NCBI GenBank assembly: GCA_039029035.1
Contig: JBCCGX010000001.1
Span: 1 to 42,557 of the forward strand
Length of the DNA stretch: 42,557 bases
Direction: 5' to 3'
From: Acidobacteriota bacterium
Lineage (GTDB): Bacteria > Acidobacteriota > Thermoanaerobaculia > Multivoradales > J023
Every line of letters starts with the position of its first letter. Within the stretch, counting starts at the first letter, position 1. The notes under the pieces are model-generated. The model worked only from the letters and a program-made list of their open reading frames with translations. It had not been told where the DNA came from and searched no databases. A program made the position numbers and the translations under genes. Positions 35,809-42,557 of this stretch are shown piece by piece.

Positions 35809-38622
35809 ATGCGAGATCGATTCCTCCGTTGTCCCCGCTCCGTCTTCGCTCTGTGTCTGGTGCTGGTGCTGAGCGCTTCCCACGCCGGCGCCCAATCTTC
35901 GGGTGACGCGTTGTGGAGCGACGTCGACGAGTCGTCACTCGGCTTTGTCGCCAAGCGCACGATCGTTCCCGAGCGCTACCGCTCTCTGCATCTCGATCTG
36001 ACCGCGCTGGAGGGTCACCTCGCCTCGACGCCCCTCGAGGAGTCGGCTGACGTGGCGTCGCGTGGAGTCGTTCTGAGCTTGCCGATGCCGGAGGGCGGCT
36101 TCCAGCGCTTCCGCATCGTCGAGTCGCCGATCATGGCACCGGGACTGGCTGCCAAGTTTCCCGAGATCCGCACCTATAGCGGCCAGGGCATTGATGACCC
36201 GCAGGCTACGCTGCGCTTCGATGTCACGCCAGCCGGCTTCCACGGCATGATCCTGTCGCCGAGCGGCAGCGTCTACATCGATCCCTACAGCCAAGACGAC
36301 ACGCGGCACTACATGAGCTATCTGGCGCGCCACGCCAAGGGTGAGGGGCGGGTGTTCGAATGTGGCGTGCAGGGCCACGATGTCGCCCCCGGACATCGGC
36401 ATACGGTGCCCAACAAGGTCGTTTCGGGCACCACCTTGCGGACCTATCGCCTGGCGGTCGCGGCGACGGGAGAATACACCGCCTTCCATGGTGGCACCGT
36501 GGCCCAGGGCCAGGCGGCGATCGTCACCGCGATGAACCGGGTCAACGGGATCTACGAGCGTGAGGTGGCGATCCGCATGGTGCTGGTGGCGAACAACGAC
36601 CAGGTGGTCTACACCAACGGCGGCTCCGATCCCTACAGCAACGGGAGTGGTGGCGCCATGCTGGGCCAGAACCAGAGCAACCTGGACTCGGTGATCGGTA
36701 GTGCCAACTACGACATCGGCCACGTCTTCTCGACCGGCGGCGGTGGTGTCGCCTCCCTGCGGGTGCCCTGTATCAACGGCTCCAAGGCGCGCGGCGTCAC
36801 CGGTCAGCCGGCGCCGACCGGCGACCCTTTCTGGGTTGACTTCGTCGCTCACGAAATGGGCCACCAGTGGGGTGGCAACCACACCTTCAACGGTAGCTCC
36901 GGCAGCTGTGCTGGCGGCAATCGCAACGGCTCCACCGCCTACGAGCCGGGCAGTGGCTCGACCATTCAGGCCTATGCCGGGATCTGCGGAGCGCAAGATC
37001 TGCAGCCCAACAGCGATCCCTACTTCCACGGCCTCAGCCTGGACGAGATCGTCGCCTACTCGGCCAATGGCAACGGTGACAACTGCGCTGTGCGGACATC
37101 GACGGGTAACAACCCGCCGTCGGTCGACGCCGGAGCGGCCTTCACCATTCCGCTGGAGACCCCGTTCGAGCTCTGTGGCTCGGCGACCGACCCAGAGGGT
37201 GATGCCCTGACCTATGGCTGGGAGCAGTTCGATCTCGGGCCGACCGGCGCGCCGAACAGCCCGAGCGGCAACGCGCCGATCTTCCGCTCCTTCAACCCGA
37301 CGACCTCACCCTGTCGGACCTTCCCGCAGCTCAGTGATCTGCTGGCCAACACCCAGACGATCGGCGAGCTGTTGCCAACCTACGCACGGACGATGAACTT
37401 TCGTCTGACGGCGCGCGACAATCGCGCCGGCGGCGGTGGGGTGGCCGACGACGCCACCACCGTTACCGCCTCCAGCGTCGGCGGTCCGTTTCGGGTCACC
37501 GCCCCCAACACCGCAGTGACCTGGGCGGTGGGTACCTCCCAATCGGTCACCTGGAACGTCGCCGGCACCGACTTGTCGCCGATCAACTGCTCGTCGGTCG
37601 ACATCTCGCTGTCCACCGACGGCGGCTCGACCTACGGCGTCAGCCTGGCTTCCGGGGTGCCCAACTCGGGCAGTCAATCGATCACCGTGCCGGCGGCGGC
37701 GACGACCTCGGCGCGCCTCAAGGTGCAGTGCTCGAACAACATTTTCTTCGATATCTCGAACGCCGATTTCACCATCGACGGCACCTCCGGCACGCCGCCG
37801 ACGGTCAACATCAGTGCCCCCGCCGATGGCTCGTCGTCGACGGTCGGCGACTCGGTGACTTTCACCGGCACCGCCAACGATGTCGAGGACGGCAACCTCA
37901 CCGCCAGCCTGAGCTGGAGCTCGTCGATCGACGGCACGATCGGCAGCGGCGGCTCGTTCGCCACCACGGCGCTCAGCGTCGGCAGTCACACCATCACCGC
38001 TTCAGTGACCGATTCGAGCGCCCTCACCGGTTCGGATTCGATCTCGATTACGGTGCTTGGCACCGGTGGCGGCCCACAAACGGCAGTCTTCGACTCTGGC
38101 CTGGGCGTGCCAGCCTGTGCTCTCGTCGGCAGCTCGTGTGACAGCACGACGCTGCTCGTCGGCCGTGACGGCAACGGCCCCGAGCCCAACCAGCCCAACA
38201 CGCTGGACGGCTGCGCCGACGGCACGTCGGGCTCGTTCCAAGCCGACGAGTCCAACGACAGCCTCTTCGTCACCACCCTCGACGGCAGCGACATGGTGGA
38301 GGGCGCCACGGTGCGCATCGACGCCGAGGTCTGGGCCTGGACGACGCCGGCGGAGGATACCTTGGATCTCTTCTTCACCGCCGACGCCAACAACCCGAGC
38401 TGGACCCTGATCACCTCGATCACCCCGACGGTGGTCGGCCAGCAGACTCTGTCGGCGACCTACACCCCGGTTACGCACAGATCCGCCCATCAACGGAGTA
38501 TCTCTGTCATTCGCAACACGCCTATCTGGGTTTTATGTACGTGTCGGCGGAGTTTCGGGGGCAAGGCGTTAACAAAGTGCTGCTGCGGCGCCTTCTTGCA
38601 TGGTGTCGGGATGAAGGGGTAG
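35809..38622 (+). CDS. Secreted metzincin-type zinc metalloprotease (reprolysin-like), with its native 3' end lost at the compositional junction near 38470
   Basis: Signal peptide VFALCLVLVLSASHAGAQ. The extended zinc motif HEMGHQWGGNH (36850-36882) matches HExxHxxGxxH. A long beta-rich C-terminal region follows. After about 38470 the reading frame runs into foreign, lower-GC DNA and ends at a fortuitous stop. Confidence 0.75.
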   Translation: MRDRFLRCPRSVFALCLVLVLSASHAGAQSSGDALWSDVDESSLGFVAKRTIVPERYRSLHLDLTALEGHLASTPLEESADVASRGVVLSLPMPEGGFQRFRIVESPIMAPGLAAKFPEIRTYSGQGIDDPQATLRFDVTPAGFHGMILSPSGSVYIDPYSQDDTRHYMSYLARHAKGEGRVFECGVQGHDVAPGHRHTVPNKVVSGTTLRTYRLAVAATGEYTAFHGGTVAQGQAAIVTAMNRVNGIYEREVAIRMVLVANNDQVVYTNGGSDPYSNGSGGAMLGQNQSNLDSVIGSANYDIGHVFSTGGGGVASLRVPCINGSKARGVTGQPAPTGDPFWVDFVAHEMGHQWGGNHTFNGSSGSCAGGNRNGSTAYEPGSGSTIQAYAGICGAQDLQPNSDPYFHGLSLDEIVAYSANGNGDNCAVRTSTGNNPPSVDAGAAFTIPLETPFELCGSATDPEGDALTYGWEQFDLGPTGAPNSPSGNAPIFRSFNPTTSPCRTFPQLSDLLANTQTIGELLPTYARTMNFRLTARDNRAGGGGVADDATTVTASSVGGPFRVTAPNTAVTWAVGTSQSVTWNVAGTDLSPINCSSVDISLSTDGGSTYGVSLASGVPNSGSQSITVPAAATTSARLKVQCSNNIFFDISNADFTIDGTSGTPPTVNISAPADGSSSTVGDSVTFTGTANDVEDGNLTASLSWSSSIDGTIGSGGSFATTALSVGSHTITASVTDSSALTGSDSISITVLGTGGGPQTAVFDSGLGVPACALVGSSCDSTTLLVGRDGNGPEPNQPNTLDGCADGTSGSFQADESNDSLFVTTLDGSDMVEGATVRIDAEVWAWTTPAEDTLDLFFTADANNPSWTLITSITPTVVGQQTLSATYTPVTHRSAHQRSISVIRNTPIWVLCTCRRSFGGKALTKCCCGAFLHGVGMKG

Positions 38623-38726
38623 ACACGGCCTATCTGGATGTTTATTCCGAGAACAAGGCGGCGGTGAGAGCCTACGAAAAAGCCGGGTTTCAGGCCTCAA
38701 TGACAGAGATGAAGCTGCACTTGTGA
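38478..38726 (+). pseudogene. GNAT family N-acetyltransferase, C-terminal fragment only
   Basis: YLGFMYVSAEFRGQGVNKVLLRRLLAWCRDEGVDTAYLDVYSENKAAVRAYEKAGF is the acetyl-CoA-binding (R/Q-x-x-G-x-G/A) core plus the C-terminus. The N-terminal ~90 aa of a normal GNAT are absent because the frame begins at the junction. Confidence 0.7.
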
Positions 38727-38775
38727 CAGGAAAAGCGGCAAGAGTGTTACTAACCAATAGGGAGTTGACCAGGCT

Positions 38776-39378
38776 ATGAGTGGATTGCACAAGATGTTTC
38801 TACTGGCGGCGATGCTGTTTGTGTTCGGTTGCGACACGTCAGAACCCGCGAAAGAATCGCAGGCTGCAACTGCTGTTGCCGAGCAAGTGGCTGATTTTCC
38901 ACTGGTGTTTCGCCGTACCACTTTGATTGTTCGGGATGTTGAGGCGTCGCTGGCGTTGTATCGCGATGCGCTTGGGATGGAGGTTATCTACGACAACATA
39001 ATTCGCAGGCCACACCCGACAGAAGACAGGGAACGACAAATACGTTTGGTGTTCCTGAAGGCAACGCATAATTTCTATGGCGTACTGGGTTTGGTCGATT
39101 ATGAATACCAAAACCCGGATGCACCTGAGAAGCCGGTGCGCAAAGAAGGCTTTACGCCTCAGAATGTGGTCCTTGTTTTCAATTCGGAAAAACTTGAGGC
39201 GCAATTTCAACAAATTCGTTCAACGCCCGGCGTAGAAATATTGACGGAGCCGAAGCTCACCGAGTATCCGTCCTACGATGGCACGGAGATATTGCGCGTG
39301 ATGGTGAGCAAGTTCTACGATCCGGATGGCTTTCTGGTGGAGCTAAACAGGTTGTTAGACCCGATAAAGCCTGAGTAG
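38776..39378 (+). CDS. VOC (glyoxalase/bleomycin-resistance/dioxygenase) superfamily lipoprotein
   Basis: Lipobox-like LFVFGC. VOC blocks RRTTLIVRDVEASLALYRDALGMEV and FYDPDGFLVELN. Confidence 0.7.
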   Translation: MSGLHKMFLLAAMLFVFGCDTSEPAKESQAATAVAEQVADFPLVFRRTTLIVRDVEASLALYRDALGMEVIYDNIIRRPHPTEDRERQIRLVFLKATHNFYGVLGLVDYEYQNPDAPEKPVRKEGFTPQNVVLVFNSEKLEAQFQQIRSTPGVEILTEPKLTEYPSYDGTEILRVMVSKFYDPDGFLVELNRLLDPIKPE

Positions 39379-39445
39379 GCGTTTTGCGCCTATGTGCCAT
39401 GTTCGTGCTAAATTGTTTTTCAAAATCTAAAGGGGAGTAATCAGA

Positions 39446-39871
39446 ATGAGTCCAACTATAAAAAATATTCTGGCTGTAATTCTTGGTATTGTGATCGGCG
39501 GCGGAATCAACATGCTTATTGTGACGTATGGCGGTGCTGTTGTTCCGGCACCGGAGGGCGTCGATCCTTCCGATGTCGAGAGCATTAAGGCAAACCTACA
39601 TTTGTATGAGGCCAAGCACTTTGCCGTGCCATTTCTTGCACATGCGCTAGGTACCCTGGTAGGGGCGATTGTCGCCTTTATGCTGGCAGCAAACCGTAAG
39701 GCGATGTGCGCCTACATAATTGGTGTTGTGTTCTTGTTAGGCGGAATCGCCATGGCTGTCATGCTTCAGGGGCCCGTCTGGTTCATCTCTCTGGATGTTT
39801 TGGTTGCGTACATTCCCATGGCCTGGCTGGGCGCAAAAATTGGGGGTGGCTTACAAGGTGGCAATCAGTAA
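39446..39871 (+). CDS. Hypothetical small integral membrane protein
   Basis: 141 aa with about four hydrophobic segments. The good SD aaagggga sits upstream of the ATG. I recognise no family. Confidence 0.6.
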   Translation: MSPTIKNILAVILGIVIGGGINMLIVTYGGAVVPAPEGVDPSDVESIKANLHLYEAKHFAVPFLAHALGTLVGAIVAFMLAANRKAMCAYIIGVVFLLGGIAMAVMLQGPVWFISLDVLVAYIPMAWLGAKIGGGLQGGNQ

Positions 39872-39915
39872 GCATACTGCCTTGTCGTACAGACAATAAT
39901 TTGAAGGAATCCGTT

Positions 39916-40518
39916 ATGTTGCGCTGGCTTTTGCTTGCCTTTGTGTGTGTCTCCAGTATGGCGTGTGCCAGTACTGCAGAGGAGACCTGCATGAACTCAC
40001 CGTCGCAGACGCTTTATCTGAGCGATGGGCGCTACGAATGTAGAGAGGCTGCCAATGCCTGCGAGGAGGGTTTCGTGCAGGCGACGTCCACCGAAGAGTC
40101 CTGCAGTGCGAAGACCGGCTGTCAGTACGAGCCTGGACGTTGTTATTGCCCCTTCTACAAAGGGGTTCAGTGTATTTGTGCGATGGGTCCACCCCCGACG
40201 TGCGGCGCGGTAGCGCAGCACGGCGATGTGCGCGAAGAGCCAAATCTGCAAGCCTGGGATGAGCCCGGCAAGGCCTGGTTGGGTATGGAGGCTTTCTGGC
40301 AGGCGTACACGCAGCGCAATGGCGGACTGACCTGGGAGCGTAGCGCTGAGTACCCTGAGTACTCGAAAGTGAAAGAGCACGACACCTTCCTGGTTCAGCT
40401 ACCGCAAGGCGTGTGTCTGATGGAGTTTTTCCACACGCGCTGGCGCAGGGCCAACGACGTGCGTCGCTGGAACCCTGCCTTTAACGAGTACGGTGGCTGT
40501 CCTTATGTGTTCGACTAG
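39916..40518 (+). CDS. Hypothetical secreted cysteine-rich protein
   Basis: ATG at 39916 with the SD gaagga. Signal peptide MLRWLLLAFVCVSSMACA. Many Cys occur in the first ~100 mature residues, followed by a Trp/aromatic-rich C-terminal half. I recognise no family. Confidence 0.6.
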   Translation: MLRWLLLAFVCVSSMACASTAEETCMNSPSQTLYLSDGRYECREAANACEEGFVQATSTEESCSAKTGCQYEPGRCYCPFYKGVQCICAMGPPPTCGAVAQHGDVREEPNLQAWDEPGKAWLGMEAFWQAYTQRNGGLTWERSAEYPEYSKVKEHDTFLVQLPQGVCLMEFFHTRWRRANDVRRWNPAFNEYGGCPYVFD

Positions 40519-40539
40519 TCTTTTGCTGAGTATTCGTTA

Positions 40540-40914
40540 ATGGCCGAGCTTCGTCGATTCGATGCAACGAAATTCAGTTGCGATATTTTTGGTGACTTTT
40601 CCATGCAACCGCGGGAGTTTTTGCCCGGACCACCTGTCAGGAAAGACAGCGTTAACGTTGGCATTATCACGATGACCGAAAACGCGCCGCATGGCGGCGA
40701 GGTGCATCCGGATGGTGATGAATTTTTGTACGTGATCTCCGGCCGTTTGCGGGTCAGCGGCGATAATCTGGGTGACATTGAGTTAGGCCCGGGTGAGGGT
40801 TGTATTGTGCCGCAGGGCGAATGGCATAAAGTTGACGTGCTGGAAGTTACGCAATTGATTTATATGACGCCTGGTCCTAACGGCGACCACCGGCCGTTGC
40901 CGGATGCCGAGTAG
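40540..40914 (+). CDS. Cupin domain protein
   Basis: GGEVHPDGDEFLYVISGRL (cupin motif 1) and GEGCIVPQGEWHKV (motif 2). Length 124 aa. Confidence 0.7.
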   Translation: MAELRRFDATKFSCDIFGDFSMQPREFLPGPPVRKDSVNVGIITMTENAPHGGEVHPDGDEFLYVISGRLRVSGDNLGDIELGPGEGCIVPQGEWHKVDVLEVTQLIYMTPGPNGDHRPLPDAE

Positions 40915-41203
40915 GCAGTACTCAATGACTGGCTCACCAAAACGTCTGAAGATGCCTCTGTGGATGCATGGCTTCGATGCGGTCTGTTTTCTCGTGGCAG
41001 GGCTTTGCATGATTGCCTATGTTGGTAAGGATAAAGGAGGCGTTCCTGCCTGGATTCCAGACTGGAGCCTGATTCCGGAACATCCTGTGCCTATTGGTCT
41101 GACCGCCATGTTTCTGGGCAGCATTCCGCAGATGTTGTATGCCGCAAGGGCAATGGCTGCGCGCCGTGCACAGATGCATCAAGGCGCCCCTCGCGACGAT
41201 TAA
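40904..41203 (+). CDS. Hypothetical small membrane protein
   Basis: Two hydrophobic segments (FDAVCFLVAGLCMIAYV and PIGLTAMFLGSIPQMLYAA). The start is uncertain (ATG at 40904, 40925 or 40952). No clear SD. Confidence 0.45.
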   Translation: MPSRQYSMTGSPKRLKMPLWMHGFDAVCFLVAGLCMIAYVGKDKGGVPAWIPDWSLIPEHPVPIGLTAMFLGSIPQMLYAARAMAARRAQMHQGAPRDD

Positions 41204-41337
41204 TCCGCATATAGACGCAAACTGGACAAATGGTGCCAGTGCTACTCCTGCGGTGACAGAAAAATCCGGTATTTGCTAAGCTCTGCAGCGCAGCAAACAA
41301 GGCCTGTTTGCGACTTGTTATCTAAGGAGAGCTTCAC

Positions 41338-42177
41338 GTGAATGCTAAATTTGCAGGTCTGGCGTCGGTCGCGTTAGTTTTTTCAGCTTGTTCGAAAAGC
41401 CCTGACTCCGATTCAGCGCCGGCGCCCGAGCCGGAGGCCAAAACTGTCGCTGCATCGGCGCCTGATTTGTGTCTGGATGCAGGTCCGCAAACGCCGCGCG
41501 ATATCTCCAGCAAAGTTGGATTGAACACCGTGAGTTTTGAAAAAGCGCCGGCGGCGTCTGAGTTGAATCTTTGCAATATTCACACGCATACCAACGCAGA
41601 GCACAAAGGCCCCGGCTACAGCACCTTTGTTAACAACACAGACAGTGGTGGTTATGCCTGTAACGATACGGCCAGCTTGAGTGATGCCGAAAAAGCGCCT
41701 CTCGACGGTGCATTCAAAGGGGCAAAGCCGGGTGACACCATTGAGGTGCATTGGGTGCACACAAGCTGCGACATAACGCCAGGCGAGGGCCTAGGTTCGT
41801 GCCTGAGCGACACCTGCACCGACCCGCTACTTCGAGTTGAGGCGCAAACTTTCCTGGTGGTCAATGATTCTTCAGCACTGGATTTCACCGACTTTGCCTA
41901 TCAGGGCAATGTGATTGGTGGAAAACACCAGGCGATGGCTCTGCCCTCTGGCACCGGCACACCGGTTGAGTTTTTAGGCTCGACGACCGGGCCAAGTTAC
42001 ACCCAATCCAAGTGCTCGCCGATGAAGGTAACCTGGAGTGTACGACCTCAGTGCGCGAAGCTCGATATCAGTTCTTTGCATCGCTGGGCCGAAAGCGGCA
42101 ACGTCTTTAACGAGACGAAGTCGCACGGTGTTCGGCAATTGGTTACGGCGCCAGAGTTGCTCTCGCCCATCGAGTAG
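41338..42177 (+). CDS. Lipoprotein with carbonic-anhydrase-like histidine motifs (possible delta-class / CA_like family)
   Basis: GTG start with the SD aaggaga. Lipobox LVFSAC. GPQTPRDIS resembles the alpha-CA QSPI(D/N)I block. NIHTHTNAEHKG and IEVHWVHTS resemble the HxH and second-His zinc-ligand blocks. The family assignment is from memory only. Confidence 0.45.
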   Translation: MNAKFAGLASVALVFSACSKSPDSDSAPAPEPEAKTVAASAPDLCLDAGPQTPRDISSKVGLNTVSFEKAPAASELNLCNIHTHTNAEHKGPGYSTFVNNTDSGGYACNDTASLSDAEKAPLDGAFKGAKPGDTIEVHWVHTSCDITPGEGLGSCLSDTCTDPLLRVEAQTFLVVNDSSALDFTDFAYQGNVIGGKHQAMALPSGTGTPVEFLGSTTGPSYTQSKCSPMKVTWSVRPQCAKLDISSLHRWAESGNVFNETKSHGVRQLVTAPELLSPIE

Positions 42178-42242
42178 TCGCGAATAGTTGATGAGCTTCG
42201 GTGTGATAAAGTCACCGTACTTGTCCACCGGAGCTCTCAGCG

Positions 42243-42509
42243 ATGCCTGCATTTACCTCGCGCCATGCTCTTGCGCTGCTCGCGCTTACCGTTTGCCAGC
42301 TGCTGACGCGGGTGAGCTTCGCCGGTAAAGGTGCGGTCTATTCTCTCGGCGTGGTGGTCAATCAAACCTTAACTTTCCTGTCAGTCGCGCTGAGTTACCT
42401 CCCAGGTCTTGCCGGCATAGTTATTGCGACTGCCGTCGGAGTCTCGTTGGGTCAGCGGTTTTATTCTGCACAAGTTAGCTCGCAGGGCCAGGACTCTACG
42501 CATGTCTGA
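42243..42509 (+). CDS. Hypothetical small membrane protein
   Basis: 88 aa with two or three hydrophobic segments. Its stop overlaps the next ATG (ATGTCTGA), suggesting translational coupling. Confidence 0.45.
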   Translation: MPAFTSRHALALLALTVCQLLTRVSFAGKGAVYSLGVVVNQTLTFLSVALSYLPGLAGIVIATAVGVSLGQRFYSAQVSSQGQDSTHV

Positions 42510-42557
42510 AATAAAGTTTGCAGCGGAAGAAAAAAAGATACTGGTCGCCCGTATTCA
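42502..42557 (+). CDS. 5' end of an ORF running off the window (MSEIKFAAEEKKILVARI...), possibly DUF2164-like
   Basis: ATG at 42502 overlaps the preceding stop. Only 18 codons are visible, and the family guess rests on a weak recollection of similar N-termini. Confidence 0.3.
   Translation, partial: MSEIKFAAEEKKILVARI

Noticed and set aside
38400-38800. A mobile-element boundary (IS end, integrase, tRNA attachment site, direct repeats) at the GC breakpoint.
   Set aside because: No inverted or direct repeats, tRNA-like sequence or recombinase ORF is visible on either side. The junction is therefore reported as a chimeric or illegitimate join, not as a mobile element.

Overview
The window appears to be two unrelated pieces of DNA joined near 38.47-38.48 kb. 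Positions 1-38,470 are about two-thirds G+C by eye and densely coding. They carry housekeeping and envelope genes:
- prpE-like acyl-CoA ligase, TetR regulator, two hybrid histidine kinases, a Cys/Met-metabolism PLP enzyme
- sulfatase-superfamily lipoprotein, alkyltransferase-like (ATL) protein, AI-2E permease, histidine phosphatase
- queF, an alpha/beta hydrolase, a DASS anion symporter, sppA, a cyclase/formamidase-like protein
- a methyltransferase plus glycosyltransferase cluster, an S8 subtilase, ybjQ and a metzincin

Positions 38,480-42,557 are about half G+C with A/T-ending codons. They encode small same-strand genes: a GNAT fragment, a VOC lipoprotein, a cupin, small membrane proteins, a Cys-rich secreted protein and a carbonic-anhydrase-like lipoprotein.

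Main observations:
1. A DedA-rhodanese fusion gene has an in-frame TGA inside the rhodanese active-site loop. It is followed by 50 more in-frame codons that complete the domain and by a SECIS-like hairpin, so it is a candidate selenoprotein that ordinary ORF calling truncates.
2. Two large paralogous secreted proteins fuse a beta-propeller to a di-heme (2x CxxCH) cytochrome c peroxidase/MauG-like module. Each lies next to a hybrid histidine kinase.
3. A SAM methyltransferase carries about twelve 21-residue (63-bp) coiled-coil repeats directly upstream of a GT4-GT2 fusion and a GT2. This resembles a WbdD-type chain-length ruler.
4. The abrupt compositional breakpoint truncates both flanking genes.
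5. Three 17-18 bp tandem duplications sit exactly on gene boundaries.

I recognised no rRNA, tRNA, CRISPR array, transposase or integrase. All homology statements come from motif recognition by eye, not from searches.
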